The translations under genes and the position numbers were made by a program. 64,000 nt of DNA from Arthrobacter sp. (lineage in GTDB: Bacteria; Actinomycetota; Actinomycetes; Actinomycetales; Micrococcaceae), in NCBI RefSeq assembly GCF_031179385.1, contig NZ_JAPSHV010000002.1, positions 33,486 through 97,485 on the forward strand, read 5' to 3'. Below are positions 53,063 to 63,807 of this stretch, in pieces; positions within the stretch are counted from its first letter, which is position 1, and every line of letters begins with the position of its first letter. The notes under the pieces are model-generated. The model ran no database searches, was not told the DNA's origin, and was given only the letters and a program-made list of their open reading frames with translations.

Positions 53063-53605
53063 TCACTGATTGGGTGATCCATCCAATCGGGACATGACGC
53101 GGTCGAAGAGCGGGCGGTCGAGGGTTGCACCGATGCGCCGGACATCCTCAGGACGGATCTTCAGCAGACGCTCCAGGTACACCTCACTCGGTCTGCCCTT
53201 GCTGTCCCAGGGCCCGCTTCCGATATCCACGTACCCTTCATGCCTGCTTTCGGCATTATTCCGGTCTCGTGAGGTGAGCATGAGTGCGAGCAGCGTGGCG
53301 CCGTCGTGCCCGATGACCAGCACCGGCCGGTCCTTGCCCTGCTGAGGATCGTCCTCATACGGCACCCACGTCCAGACGATTTCGCCGGGATCGGCAGTGT
53401 CACCGGGCTGCGGGTTGTAAGCGCCAATCGAAGCGGGTGCGGCTTTCTTCCGTGGGCGGTCCCGCAGTGGCTCACGCTGAGGAGCACGGTCACGCCCGGC
53501 AGGATGTCCGCTTCGGGCCGGACGGGGTGAATGCGTCGAACGGGCAGCCAGCGCCTTCAATGCGGCCCCGGCCAAACGCATCAGGGAGGGTCCAAGGGAA
53601 GCCAT
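53063..53605 (-). CDS. PemK/MazF-fold protein (180 aa), no adjacent antitoxin
   Basis: [27 protein letters not shown]...LMLTS. This is the 3' end of track ORF 53063..55732. TACGCT -10 (53617-53612) lies 6 nt before ATG 53605. Confidence 0.85.
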   Translation of the reverse strand: MASLGPSLMRLAGAALKALAARSTHSPRPARSGHPAGRDRAPQREPLRDRPRKKAAPASIGAYNPQPGDTADPGEIVWTWVPYEDDPQQGKDRPVLVIGHDGATLLALMLTSRDRNNAESRHEGYVDIGSGPWDSKGRPSEVYLERLLKIRPEDVRRIGATLDRPLFDRVMSRLDGSPNQ

Positions 53606-53746
53606 AGGGCCAGCGTACCCGCCAGATTGCGGGCTCGAGAGTTCCCCATGGGACAATGGAAGCTGCACATTCCCAGGGGTCCGGACCCAGCGTCCTCGTC
53701 CCTGCACGGAATTCCCCGAACAGTCCCACAAAGTAAGAGGTACCGA

Positions 53747-55600
53747 GTGTCTCCCATGGCCCGCACCGCTCCGGTGCCCGCTGCCACGGATCCCGCGATC
53801 ATCAGGAACTTCTGCATCATCGCCCATATTGACCACGGCAAGTCCACACTGGCGGACCGCATGCTTCAGCTCACCGGCGTGGTGGAGCAGCGCGATATGA
53901 AGGCACAGTATCTGGACCGCATGGACATTGAGCGGGAGCGCGGCATCACCATCAAATCCCAGGCGGTCAGGCTGCCCTGGGAACTCGACGGCGTGAGCTA
54001 TGCGCTCAACATGATTGACACTCCTGGACACGTTGACTTCACATACGAGGTGTCGCGGTCCCTTGCAGCGTGTGAGGGAGCAATCCTGCTGGTTGATGCT
54101 GCCCAGGGGATTGAGGCCCAGACACTGGCGAACCTGTACCTCGCCATGGAGAACGACCTCACAATCATTCCGGTGCTCAACAAGATCGACCTTCCGGCCG
54201 CCCAGCCGGAGAAGTATGCTGCGGAACTGGCCAACCTGATCGGCGGGGATCCGGAGGATGTGTTGCTGGTGTCCGGCAAGACAGGCGTCGGCGTAGAGGC
54301 GTTGCTGGACAAGATCGTCAGGGATCTTCCCTCTCCCGTCGGAGACGCAAGCGCGCCTGCCCGGGCCATGATCTTTGATTCTGTATATGACACCTACCGG
54401 GGCGTCGTGACGTATGTCCGGGTCGTCGATGGACAGCTCAGCCCCCGTGAACGCATTCAGATGATGTCCACCCGTGCTACTCACGAACTCCTTGAGATCG
54501 GAGTCAGCTCGCCGGAGCCCACACCGTCCAAGGGCCTGGGCGTAGGTGAGGTGGGCTATCTCATCACCGGCGTGAAGGACGTTCGCCAGTCCAAGGTCGG
54601 CGACACCGTCACCAATTTCGCGAAGCCCGCGACGGAGTCGCTGGCCGGTTACGCGGACGCAAAGCCTATGGTCTTCTCGGGTCTGTACCCCCTCGAAGGG
54701 GCGGATTATCCAGTGCTTCGTGACGCTCTGGAAAAGCTGATGCTCAATGATGCCGCCCTGGTCTATGAACCGGAGACCTCCGCTGCTCTGGGCTTCGGTT
54801 TCCGAGTGGGTTTCCTCGGCCTGCTTCACCTGGAAATTACCCGTGAGCGACTCGAACGCGAGTACAACCTCAGCCTGATCTCGACGGCACCGAACGTGGA
54901 ATACGAGGTCACGCTCGAGGACAAGAACGTAGTTCACGTCACCAACCCGAGCGAATACCCCGTCGGCAAGATCGCCGAAGTCCGGGAGCCGATGGTTTCG
55001 GCGACCATCCTTGCGCCCAACGAATTCGTGGGCACCATTATGGAACTGTGCCAGAGCAGGCGTGGTGTCATGGGCGGAATGGATTACCTCTCCGAAGACC
55101 GGGTGGAAATCCGGTACCGGCTCCCGCTGGCGGAGATCGTCTTCGACTTCTTCGACATGCTGAAGTCCAGGACCCGCGGGTACGCCTCTCTGGATTGGAA
55201 GGCCGACGGCGACCAGGTGGCCGACCTGGTCAAAGTGGACATCATGCTCCAAGGCGAGCAGGTTGATGCCTTCTCCGCCATCACCCACCGGGACAAGGCA
55301 TATGCCTACGGCGTCATGATGACGGGGAAACTGCGTGAACTGATCCCGCGTCAGCAGTTTGAGGTTCCCATTCAGGCGGCCATCGGCGCGCGCATCATCG
55401 CGAGGGAGAACATCCGGGCTATCCGGAAGGACGTCTTGGCCAAGTGCTACGGCGGTGACATCACCCGAAAGCGCAAACTGCTCGAAAAGCAGAAAGAGGG
55501 TAAGAAGCGCATGAAGATGGTGGGGCGCGTGGAAGTCCCCCAGGAAGCGTTCATTGCCGCGTTGTCGTCGGATGAGTCCAAGGACAAAGCGAAGAAGTGA
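53747..55600 (+). CDS. lepA: elongation factor 4 (LepA)
   Basis: [48 protein letters not shown] and [14 protein letters not shown] motifs. Confidence 0.99.
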   Translation: MSPMARTAPVPAATDPAIIRNFCIIAHIDHGKSTLADRMLQLTGVVEQRDMKAQYLDRMDIERERGITIKSQAVRLPWELDGVSYALNMIDTPGHVDFTYEVSRSLAACEGAILLVDAAQGIEAQTLANLYLAMENDLTIIPVLNKIDLPAAQPEKYAAELANLIGGDPEDVLLVSGKTGVGVEALLDKIVRDLPSPVGDASAPARAMIFDSVYDTYRGVVTYVRVVDGQLSPRERIQMMSTRATHELLEIGVSSPEPTPSKGLGVGEVGYLITGVKDVRQSKVGDTVTNFAKPATESLAGYADAKPMVFSGLYPLEGADYPVLRDALEKLMLNDAALVYEPETSAALGFGFRVGFLGLLHLEITRERLEREYNLSLISTAPNVEYEVTLEDKNVVHVTNPSEYPVGKIAEVREPMVSATILAPNEFVGTIMELCQSRRGVMGGMDYLSEDRVEIRYRLPLAEIVFDFFDMLKSRTRGYASLDWKADGDQVADLVKVDIMLQGEQVDAFSAITHRDKAYAYGVMMTGKLRELIPRQQFEVPIQAAIGARIIARENIRAIRKDVLAKCYGGDITRKRKLLEKQKEGKKRMKMVGRVEVPQEAFIAALSSDESKDKAKK

Positions 55601-55627
55601 CAGCAGTATCTGGTTTCCGGAGCGCCA

Positions 55628-56857
55628 ATGCCTAGCGCGCTGCCTCTCGGCGACCCCGCTCCATCCGACGGCGCTCTGCCGCCCACCGCGGCAGCCGGCT
55701 CCGCCGAGCGTGATTTCGGCCTGTACGTTCACATCCCCTTCTGCGCTGTTCGCTGCGGGTACTGCGATTTCAACACGTACACCGCCGCTGAACTCGGTGG
55801 GGGAGCGTCGCAGGCCAATTACGCGTTCACGGTGCAGCAGGAGCTCCAGTTTGCGGCCGGAGCGCTTGCCGCTTCAGGTGTTGCCGACCGCCCGCTGAGC
55901 ACAGTCTTCTTCGGCGGAGGGACACCCACGCTCCTGCCCTCGGCGGACCTGGCACGGGTACTCCGCACCGCCGTCGACATCTGGGGCCTGGCACCGGGAG
56001 CCGAGGTGACGATCGAGGCCAATCCCGACTCCGTCACGCCTGAATCCCTCGAGGAACTGGCGCGTGCAGGTTTCACCCGCGTGTCATTCGGCATGCAATC
56101 CGCTGTGCCCCACGTTCTCGCGGTGCTGGACCGAACCCACTCGCCGGCGCGGGTCCCCCTTGCCGTCGAGTGGGCGCGTGCTGCCGGGCTCAAGGTGAGC
56201 CTGGATCTGATCTACGGCACACCGGGCGAGGACCTTCAGGACTGGCGGACGTCCCTGGAAGCGGCGCTTGCCCTCGAACCGGATCATCTGTCCGCTTATG
56301 CCCTCATCATCGAGGACGGCACCGCGCTGGCCCGCCGTATCCGGCGCAGTCAGGTGCCCATGGTCGACGACGACGACCACGCCGACAAGTACGAACTCGC
56401 CGACACCCTGCTCAAGTCGGCCGGAATGGCGTGGTACGAGGTAAGTAACTGGGCCCGCTCCGGTGAGGATCAGTGCCGCCACAACATCGCGTACTGGAAA
56501 GGCCATGACTGGTGGGGAGCAGGGCCGGGCGCGCATTCACATATCGGGGGGACCCGTTGGTGGAACGTCAAGCATCCTGCCGCTTATGCTCAGAGACTTG
56601 CGGCAGGCGAGTCGCCCGCGGCCGGACGTGAAGTTCTGGACAAGGACGCCCGCTACGTTGAGGACGTTCTGCTTCGCATCCGGCTTGCTGATGGTTACCC
56701 GACGGAGAACCTGCAATCCCCGGGACGCAGGGCTGTAGCAGGGCTGATAGCTGATGGTCTCATCGACCCTGTGGCGGCGTTCAAGGGCGCCGTAATCCTG
56801 AGTGATCGCGGGCGGCTACTAGCCGATGGCGTGGTCCGTCGCCTGTTGCCGGACTGA
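55628..56857 (+). CDS. hemW: radical SAM heme chaperone HemW
   Basis: YVHIPFCAVRCGYCDF (CxxxCxxC), FFGGGTPT, EANP and YEVSN, plus the HemW-type HNIAYW. Confidence 0.93.
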   Translation: MPSALPLGDPAPSDGALPPTAAAGSAERDFGLYVHIPFCAVRCGYCDFNTYTAAELGGGASQANYAFTVQQELQFAAGALAASGVADRPLSTVFFGGGTPTLLPSADLARVLRTAVDIWGLAPGAEVTIEANPDSVTPESLEELARAGFTRVSFGMQSAVPHVLAVLDRTHSPARVPLAVEWARAAGLKVSLDLIYGTPGEDLQDWRTSLEAALALEPDHLSAYALIIEDGTALARRIRRSQVPMVDDDDHADKYELADTLLKSAGMAWYEVSNWARSGEDQCRHNIAYWKGHDWWGAGPGAHSHIGGTRWWNVKHPAAYAQRLAAGESPAAGREVLDKDARYVEDVLLRIRLADGYPTENLQSPGRRAVAGLIADGLIDPVAAFKGAVILSDRGRLLADGVVRRLLPD

Positions 56858-56861
56858 CGTC

Positions 56862-57293
56862 CTAGTGGAAGATCCGGAGATTGAAGGGGTACTGGTAAGG
56901 CCTGCCGCGGTTCACATGGATGCCGGCTGCCACCGAGAAGGCCGCGAGCGTAACCCAGATGAGGGCGTTCAGGACGGCGAAAAGCCCCCCAATGCCCGGG
57001 AGCAGGGACAGCAGCAGGCATACGGCTGCGAGGATGCTCGGCGGGAAAGTGAAGTTGAAGGCTTCCTTCGATTCCTGCTCCGTGAAGGGCCCCCGGTCCC
57101 GATAGATGAGGAAGATAACCAGAGACGGCACAAACCCCAGGATCCCGAGAAAATGGGCGAGGGTCGCCCACTGGCGATCCTCGGAGGGAGTCAGCGCGGG
57201 AGCGCTTGGACTGGCACCCTGGAAGGCCGTAGTTCTGTCCTGGGAGGCGGGAGGAGTCTGTGCGACACCGCGCCGATTAGCGCTGTTGGACAA
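56862..57293 (-). CDS. DUF4870-like small membrane protein
   Basis: DRQWATLAH...PSLVIFL..RDRGPFTEQESKEAFNF...G.PYQYPF. TTG start after GAAGGA. Confidence 0.82.
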   Translation of the reverse strand: MSNSANRRGVAQTPPASQDRTTAFQGASPSAPALTPSEDRQWATLAHFLGILGFVPSLVIFLIYRDRGPFTEQESKEAFNFTFPPSILAAVCLLLSLLPGIGGLFAVLNALIWVTLAAFSVAAGIHVNRGRPYQYPFNLRIFH

Positions 57294-57409
57294 CGAAAAT
57301 TCCTTCGGACTGATAGGGCTTCACCGCGCATTCCGCGCAGAACTTACTGTCTAAGGGTACTGGGTGAAGCGTGCCCGTGCAGTTCTCACGACTTACAGCG
57401 ATGCTGGGG

Positions 57410-58261
57410 CTACGCGTTCGGCCCCGGCGCGGTAAGGAAGTCGATGACCTCTTCGACCCGGGCCAGCAGAGAGGGTTCGAGGTCCGCGTAGGTGTTTACG
57501 CCGCTCAGAATGCGCTTCCAGCCGTTGGCGATATCCGCCTGGGAGGAGCACGGCCAGTTCAGCCGCGTCAGTATCCCTGTTTTCCAGTCCTCTCCGCGGG
57601 GAATGACGGGCCACGCCTCCAATCCGAGAGCACGCGGTTTCACTGCCTGCCACACATCGACGTAGGGGTGCCCCACAATCAACACATTGAGCGCTGCACC
57701 GCTCACTTTCATGGCCTGTTCGGCGATTCGAGCTTCCTTGGTTCCGGGCAGAAGGTGATCAACGAGGATACCGAGGCGCCTTCCGGGTGAGGGAGCGAAG
57801 TCACGGACCGCCCCTGCCAGGTCATCGACCCCGTGCAAGGGCTCGACGACGATGCCCTCAACCCGCAGATCATCGCCCCACACCTTCTCGACCAGCTCCG
57901 CATCGTGTTTGCCCTCGACCCAGATTCTGCTCGCGCGGGCTGTTCGGGCACGCTGGCCGGTGACGCGGACCGAGCCCGAGGCTGTGCGCTGGGGCGTTGC
58001 GGTGCGCTGCAGCGCGGGAACCATCTCGACGGGGGAGCCCTCGTGGTGAAAACCGAATCCCAGGGGAAAGGTCCGCCGTTTGCCGCGGCGGTCCTCGAGG
58101 ATCATGACATGCATACCGCCGGACTTCTCAGTACGAAGTATCTCGCCGACGAACCCGCTTTGAACGTCCTCTAAAACGATGCCCGGACGCGCCTCAACCT
58201 TCTCAAGGACGACGCGTCGGGGCCGGGAAATGTCCTGTGCGCCCCACTGGTGATACGACAT
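57410..58261 (-). CDS. DUF3097-family protein (beta-rich N-terminus plus Toprim-like C-terminus)
   Basis: RTASGS...ARASRIWVEGKHDAELVEKVWGDDLRVEG...GVDDL...RLGILVDHL..G.KE, and GHPYVDVWQAVKP. Confidence 0.82.
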   Translation of the reverse strand: MSYHQWGAQDISRPRRVVLEKVEARPGIVLEDVQSGFVGEILRTEKSGGMHVMILEDRRGKRRTFPLGFGFHHEGSPVEMVPALQRTATPQRTASGSVRVTGQRARTARASRIWVEGKHDAELVEKVWGDDLRVEGIVVEPLHGVDDLAGAVRDFAPSPGRRLGILVDHLLPGTKEARIAEQAMKVSGAALNVLIVGHPYVDVWQAVKPRALGLEAWPVIPRGEDWKTGILTRLNWPCSSQADIANGWKRILSGVNTYADLEPSLLARVEEVIDFLTAPGPNA

Positions 58262-58342
58262 GTGATTTCGCTCGCTTCCGCAAATCCCTGCCCGCTGGAA
58301 CAGGCAGTGCCAATGCTAACAATCGCAGCGATCGTATTAGAC

Positions 58343-58369
58343 TTGGCACTTAGGCGTGTTGAGTGCTAA
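58343..58369 (+). promoter_or_regulatory. CIRCE element (HrcA operator)
   Basis: TTGGCACTT-aggcgtgtt-GAGTGCTAA versus consensus TTAGCACTC-N9-GAGTGCTAA (16/18 match, exact 9-nt spacer). TAGACT -10 candidate at 58338-58343. Confidence 0.9.
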
Positions 58370-58406
58370 CTCGTTGAGTGGGCAATGCGGTATATCGGAG
58401 GTGAAT

Positions 58407-59423
58407 ATGAGCGAGCCCAGGCGGCTTGAAGTCCTGCGTGCCATCGTCGAGGATTACGTCCATTCCCGTGAGCCGGTAGGGTCCAAGGCCCTGGTTGAGC
58501 GGCACCAGCTCGGCGTGTCCTCGGCCACCATCCGCAATGATATGGCGCTCCTCGAAGAGGAAGGCCTCATTACCGCCCCGCACACCAGTTCCGGCCGCAT
58601 TCCCACTGACAAGGGTTACCGGCTGTTCGTCGACCGCATCGCTGAAGTGAAGCCGTTGTCCGCGCCTGAGAAGCGTGCCATCCGTGCCCTTCTGGAAAGT
58701 GCCGATGACCTGGACGACGTCCTGGACCGCACGGTAAGGCTCCTCGCACAGCTGACCAATCAGGTCGCCGTCGTTCAATACCCACATCTGGGCGCAGCGT
58801 CCGTCCGCCACATCGAGCTGGTACTGCTCGCGCCTGGTCGCGTGCTGGTGGTGCTCATTTCCACCAACGGGGCGGTGCAGCAGCGGGTCGTGCCCGTCCC
58901 TGCCGACGCAAATGAGAATGAATTGGCCGATCTGCGTCAGCGCTTCCTGACCAAAGTGTCGGGAGTGCGCCTACCGTCGCTTCCCTCGGAACTGGCGTCC
59001 TGTGTGGCAGAGCTGCCGCCCGCACTCCAGTCGCTGGGCCAGGCACTGGCGCACGGCCTGGAACATCTCTCCGCCGCGAACCGGGAAGATCGGATCGTCA
59101 TGGCCGGAACGGCCAACCTTGCCCGCTCAACACTGGACTTCCCGTTGACCATCGGCCCTGTGCTGGAGGCCCTCGAGGAACAGGTGGTCATGCTTCGGCT
59201 GCTCTCCGAAATGGAGCAGGATGCCCTCGGCGTTTCCGTCCGCATTGGTCGTGAAAACCCGTACGGTGGCCTTGCAGAGGCCTCGGTGATCGCCACGGGA
59301 TACGGGCCGGACGCCCTTGCCAAGGTGGGAGTCCTCGGACCCACCAGAATGGACTACCCCACCACCATGGCCGCCGTCAGGGCGGTGGCCCGTTACCTTT
59401 CCCGCATCCTCGATGAGTCATGA
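58407..59423 (+). CDS. hrcA: heat-inducible transcription repressor HrcA
   Basis: [47 protein letters not shown] and [18 protein letters not shown]. Confidence 0.98.
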   Translation: MSEPRRLEVLRAIVEDYVHSREPVGSKALVERHQLGVSSATIRNDMALLEEEGLITAPHTSSGRIPTDKGYRLFVDRIAEVKPLSAPEKRAIRALLESADDLDDVLDRTVRLLAQLTNQVAVVQYPHLGAASVRHIELVLLAPGRVLVVLISTNGAVQQRVVPVPADANENELADLRQRFLTKVSGVRLPSLPSELASCVAELPPALQSLGQALAHGLEHLSAANREDRIVMAGTANLARSTLDFPLTIGPVLEALEEQVVMLRLLSEMEQDALGVSVRIGRENPYGGLAEASVIATGYGPDALAKVGVLGPTRMDYPTTMAAVRAVARYLSRILDES

Positions 59424-59489
59424 ACGGATGACGGACCCCTTGAACCAGAGCCGCTCGCGCGGTGAGATTACAGGAAGTGATGTGCAGGA

Positions 59490-60617
59490 GTGAGTAATCA
59501 CTACGAGGTCCTAGGTGTTGCACGCGACGCCAGTGGCGAAGAGATCAAGAAGGCTTACCGGAAGCTGGCCCGCAAACTTCATCCGGACGTCAACTCCGGG
59601 CCGGAAGCAGCTGAGGAATTCAAGCTGGTGACCCGCGCCTATGAAGTTCTCTCTGATCCGCAGAAGCGGCGCGTCTATGACACCACCGGAAACGAGAACG
59701 GAACGGATAACGGCTTCGGCGGCGGTTATGCCGGCCCCGGATTCGCATTCCAGGACATCTTCGAGACCTTCTTCGGAGGCGGCGGCCCCAGCGGTCCGCC
59801 GTCGCGGACCCAGCGCGGACAGGACGCACTCATAGCCGTCCGCATTGATCTCAAGGACGCCGTCTTCGGCACCAACAAGAAGATCGAGGTGGACTCCGCT
59901 GCGGTGTGCCCCACCTGCGACGGATCGTGCACCCAGCCGGGCACATCTCCGAAGACTTGCGATATCTGTGGTGGCTCCGGGCAGGTGCAGCGCGCGGTCC
60001 GGTCGATCCTGGGCCAGGTCATGACGACGGCGACCTGCGGCACTTGCCAGGGCTACGGCACCGTCATTCCCCATCCGTGCAACGAATGCAATGGCGACGG
60101 GCGCATCCGTTCCCGCCGCAGTCTTACCATCAAGGTTCCCGCAGGTGTAGCCACCGGTACGCGGATCCAGCTTGCCGGACAGGGTGAAGCGGGCACTGCA
60201 GGAGGACCGCAGGGTGATCTGTACGTCGAGATCCGGGTCAACAGCGATCCCACCTTCCTCCGCGAAGGAGATGACCTGCACGCGACCCTGAGCGTGCCAA
60301 TGACAGCGGCGGCGCTTGGCACCACCGTGACGATGACCAGCTTCGACGGGGACCAGGAACTGACCATCAAACCGGGAACCCAATCCGGAGAAGTGATCAC
60401 GCTCAAGGGCCTCGGCGTCACACATCTGCGGGGATACGGCAGGGGAGACCTTCTCGTGCACCTGAGCGTCGAAACTCCACGGAACCTTGATGCAGCCCAG
60501 GAAGAGCTGCTTCGACGCCTCGCGGAAATGCGTGGTGAGCAGTTCACCGAGGGGCAGCTGGCAAGCAGCGGATCAGGAGTCTTCGCCCGGCTGCGCGAGC
60601 GCCTCGGCAACCTCTGA
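59490..60617 (+). CDS. dnaJ: molecular chaperone DnaJ (DnaJ2 type)
   Basis: J domain with HPD, G/F region, four CxxCxG zinc repeats and a C-terminal domain. Located directly after hrcA. Confidence 0.98.
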   Translation: MSNHYEVLGVARDASGEEIKKAYRKLARKLHPDVNSGPEAAEEFKLVTRAYEVLSDPQKRRVYDTTGNENGTDNGFGGGYAGPGFAFQDIFETFFGGGGPSGPPSRTQRGQDALIAVRIDLKDAVFGTNKKIEVDSAAVCPTCDGSCTQPGTSPKTCDICGGSGQVQRAVRSILGQVMTTATCGTCQGYGTVIPHPCNECNGDGRIRSRRSLTIKVPAGVATGTRIQLAGQGEAGTAGGPQGDLYVEIRVNSDPTFLREGDDLHATLSVPMTAAALGTTVTMTSFDGDQELTIKPGTQSGEVITLKGLGVTHLRGYGRGDLLVHLSVETPRNLDAAQEELLRRLAEMRGEQFTEGQLASSGSGVFARLRERLGNL

Positions 60618-60630
60618 CCGGTAGAGAACC

Positions 60631-61386
60631 ATGACCAACCAGGCATACTTCGGCGATCCTGCGGAGGTTCAGGCCGCCGTTGCCGGCGGCAGCATCACAC
60701 TGCGAGGAACGGAAGCGCACCATGCAGCCACCGTGAAACGCGTGGTGGCCGGTGAGACGGTGGACCTCTTGGACGGCGAGGGAAACCGCCTGGGCTGTAC
60801 CGTCGTCGATGTGTCCGGCGCGGCCGTCGTCATGACAGTGGATACGGTTTCCTTCGAACCGCTGCCGGCGACCCGCATCGTCCTGGTGCAGGCTCTTGCC
60901 AAGGGTGATCGGGCCGAGATGGCAGTCGAGGCCGCAACCGAGCTTGGCGTCGACGCGGTCGTTCCGTGGCAAGCGGACCGAAGCATCGTGAGGTGGCGCG
61001 CAGACAAAGCAGTGAAAGGGCAGGCGAAGTGGGAATCCGTCGTCCGTGCAGCGTCGAAGCAAAGCCGGCGTACCCGTGTGCCCGAGGTCCTCGACACAGT
61101 GGACAGCAGGGGCCTGGGGCGTTGGCTCGCCGATGTAGCGCACCCGGTCCTGCTGCATGAGGAAGGGCGAATTTCCCTTGCGAGCTATTGGAACCGCCGG
61201 TCCGAGGATCACACGGGAACAGTGGCGGTGATCGTGGGGCCCGAAGGGGGTGTGAGCCCGCAGGAGGTGACCCTGTTCGAGGAACACGGGGCCGTTCCCG
61301 TGCAGTTGGGAACCAACGTCCTGCGAGCCTCGACCGCCGGACCTGCGGCGATTGCCGTCCTGAATCAGCTCCTGGGCCGCTGGTAA
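60631..61386 (+). CDS. rsmE: 16S rRNA m3U1498 methyltransferase RsmE
   Basis: EAHHAATVKR, LVQALAKGD, ATELGV, AASKQSRR and the SPOUT motifs VGPEGG and LRASTA. Confidence 0.96.
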   Translation: MTNQAYFGDPAEVQAAVAGGSITLRGTEAHHAATVKRVVAGETVDLLDGEGNRLGCTVVDVSGAAVVMTVDTVSFEPLPATRIVLVQALAKGDRAEMAVEAATELGVDAVVPWQADRSIVRWRADKAVKGQAKWESVVRAASKQSRRTRVPEVLDTVDSRGLGRWLADVAHPVLLHEEGRISLASYWNRRSEDHTGTVAVIVGPEGGVSPQEVTLFEEHGAVPVQLGTNVLRASTAGPAAIAVLNQLLGRW

Positions 61387-61423
61387 TAGGCCGCTGGCAA
61401 AGGGCCACTGCTGTTGAAGCTGG

Positions 61424-62386
61424 TCAGCGGATGCTGACCAGCTTGTCATCTGCAATGGTGTCAGCGGCAGGCCCTTCGCCCGGGTCGGCTCCCGTCGATT
61501 CGTACACCTCGACAAGGTATGTCCCCTCCTCCAGGGAGACGCTGAATTCATAGAGTCCGACGGCACCCGTGCCCGCCTCGACGGGAACGGATCCAGCGAC
61601 CACATCCTCCGTGAAAACACCGCCTGCATTCACCCGGCGGATCCGCCAATCGAGGCTCGGATCAGTTGTCGTGGTGCTCCCTTGGACGATGACCGTCCGG
61701 TCGTTTTTGAGGGAACTGTCCTGCGGATTGATGATCCAAACGGGAGCAATAGCACTCACGTCGCGTTGAAGAACAGACCCCAGCTCGATATGGCCGAACG
61801 CCTTGTAGCCGGCCTTCCCGTCCACCAGCAGCCGCACGCTGCTGGGACTGCCACTGATGATCAGCCCTGAGTTGGCTGCCGCGGCTGTCGCGGTGTACAC
61901 AAGCTGCTGCACAGCACGTCCGGCAACATCAGCACCGATTCCAGCGGCGAATGAGTCTGACGAGATGTCGACGGTGATGACGTTGTCAGGCGAGATCGAT
62001 GTATTGACCGCAGATGCTTCCAGCCAGGGGCTGTAGTAGTCGTCGTCGAGCGGTTCCGAACTTGTCATTGCCCAGACTGCGTCAGCGATCGGATCCCCGG
62101 AGGACTCACCGGGCAGGAACTCGCGGTAGAGGAGTCCGTTCGCACTTCCCAACCAGTAGACGGGAAGGAGTTCGTCGGAGTCGGTGGCTGTCGGGCTCTG
62201 CACGTCCAACTCGGGCATGCTGGCAGTCGATTCCAGGAGCAACTCCGCCTCTGTCCCCAGCTCCGAGGTGGGCTCTGCCGGTCCTCCGATGGTGCAGGCC
62301 TGGAGGCAGAGCGCCGCTGCAACGACGATGGATCCCTTCCAATGGCGGCCTGGAGTTCGGTTTCCGGAAGGAGGAGTGGCGGCCAT
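61424..62386 (-). CDS. secreted lipoprotein with GerMN domain and C-terminal Ig-like (Gmad2-like) domain
   Basis: Signal peptide with lipobox LQAC, LPVYW...LYREF, AVQQLVYTATAA, and a beta-rich C-terminus (VWIINP...FSVSL..G.Y.VEVYE). Confidence 0.75.
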   Translation of the reverse strand: MAATPPSGNRTPGRHWKGSIVVAAALCLQACTIGGPAEPTSELGTEAELLLESTASMPELDVQSPTATDSDELLPVYWLGSANGLLYREFLPGESSGDPIADAVWAMTSSEPLDDDYYSPWLEASAVNTSISPDNVITVDISSDSFAAGIGADVAGRAVQQLVYTATAAAANSGLIISGSPSSVRLLVDGKAGYKAFGHIELGSVLQRDVSAIAPVWIINPQDSSLKNDRTVIVQGSTTTTDPSLDWRIRRVNAGGVFTEDVVAGSVPVEAGTGAVGLYEFSVSLEEGTYLVEVYESTGADPGEGPAADTIADDKLVSIR

Positions 62387-62760
62387 GTGTTCGGCGTCTC
62401 CTCTCATCCAAAGTTATGAAAATGCATAGGTGCAGCACCGCTGTTGTTTCAACAATCGGCAATGCCGCGGAAGCATCCGGTGCCGCAGCGAGCAGCACAA
62501 TCCAGCTTGGCATAGGTGCTGGCCGCTACTGTGCGGTTTTCCCGAATCGCCGCCTGACTGAAACGCGATTGATATCGGGCCGTTGCGTTCCTGAGATCTT
62601 CACCCTTTCGGACCCCCGGGAATGATCGGCCTGCATCACGCAAGCGGTGGCAGGGCTGCGGCGGTACGCTTGTAGGAGGCTTATTCGCAGGCCTGGACCA
62701 GTAGATCACCGGAAGATCCGGCATACACAAGGAGAGATGGAAGGCTCAAGGGCCGCTACT

Positions 62761-63807
62761 ATGACCGATTCCGCAGTGGGTATGGGGGCCGCCGGCCTGG
62801 ACAGCCGGGTCATTCAATTCGATTCCGCCGACCAGATGGTGCAGGCCCTGGGCGCCAACGACGAGGCCCTTGCCATGATCGAAGGGGCGTTTCCCGGCGT
62901 CAAGCTGCACGTCCGCGGCAATGAACTGTCCATCACGGGTCCCGCGACCGACGTTGGGCGCACCGAGCGCCTGATCGGTGAGGTACGCACTCTTGCTGCA
63001 AACCAGACGCCGGTAACCGCGCAGGTGCTCGAGCAGCTGCTGTTCATGCTGAAGACGCAGGGTGCAGCGAAGCCGGCCGAGATCCTGTCAATGAACATTC
63101 TCTCGTCGCGCGGCCGCACCATCCGGCCCAAGACAGTCAACCAGAAGAATTATGTCGAAGCGATCGACGCGCACACCATCGTCTTCGGCATCGGCCCGGC
63201 GGGTACAGGCAAGACCTACCTGGCAATGGCCAAGGCTGTTCAGGCCTTGCAGCACAAAGAAGTCAACCGAATCATCCTCACCCGTCCCGCAGTGGAGGCC
63301 GGGGAACGATTGGGCTTCCTGCCGGGCACGCTCAACGACAAGATCGACCCCTACTTGCGTCCGCTCTATGACGCGCTCCACGACATGATGGATCCGGACT
63401 CGATTCCCCGCCTCATGGCTGCCGGAACCATCGAAGTGGCACCCCTTGCCTACATGCGTGGCCGGACTTTGAATGACGCGTTCATCATTCTCGACGAGGC
63501 GCAGAACACCACGCCTGAGCAGATGAAGATGTTCCTGACGCGGCTTGGTTTCGGATCGCGCATGGTAGTCACGGGCGACGTGACCCAGGTTGACCTGCCG
63601 GGCGGCACCAGCTCGGGCCTCCGGGTAGTCAGTGAGATCCTGCAGGGTGTCGACGACGTCGCATTTTCCCGCCTGGATGCCACCGACGTCGTAAGGCATC
63701 GTCTGGTCGGCGACATCGTCTCCGCCTACAGCAAATGGGACGAGTCGCAACGCGCGTCGCTGAACGGCCGCCGGAATACCGGAAAGGCTGGCCGCAATGA
63801 GCATTGA
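62761..63807 (+). CDS. phoH: PhoH-family ATPase
   Basis: [51 protein letters not shown] and [10 protein letters not shown]. Alternative start ATG 62737. Confidence 0.96.
   Translation: MTDSAVGMGAAGLDSRVIQFDSADQMVQALGANDEALAMIEGAFPGVKLHVRGNELSITGPATDVGRTERLIGEVRTLAANQTPVTAQVLEQLLFMLKTQGAAKPAEILSMNILSSRGRTIRPKTVNQKNYVEAIDAHTIVFGIGPAGTGKTYLAMAKAVQALQHKEVNRIILTRPAVEAGERLGFLPGTLNDKIDPYLRPLYDALHDMMDPDSIPRLMAAGTIEVAPLAYMRGRTLNDAFIILDEAQNTTPEQMKMFLTRLGFGSRMVVTGDVTQVDLPGGTSSGLRVVSEILQGVDDVAFSRLDATDVVRHRLVGDIVSAYSKWDESQRASLNGRRNTGKAGRNEH

Noticed and set aside
53063-55732. 889-aa minus-strand ORF antisense to all of lepA and in frame with the PemK-like gene
   Set aside because: The first ~709 codons are the antisense shadow of a strongly codon-biased gene and show no recognisable domain. 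The real gene has its own -10 and ATG at 53605.
57318-57370. 8-bp IR GCTTCACC/GGTGAAGC enclosing CTTA-ctgtc-TAAG upstream of the DUF4870 gene
   Set aside because: Too short to separate from chance without comparative data, and no cognate regulator is evident.
58358-58375. GTTGAGT-gcta-ACTCG considered as a HAIR (HspR) site
   Set aside because: The spacer is 4 nt rather than the 7 nt of CTTGAGT-N7-ACTCAAG, and the sequence is explained by the CIRCE right arm.
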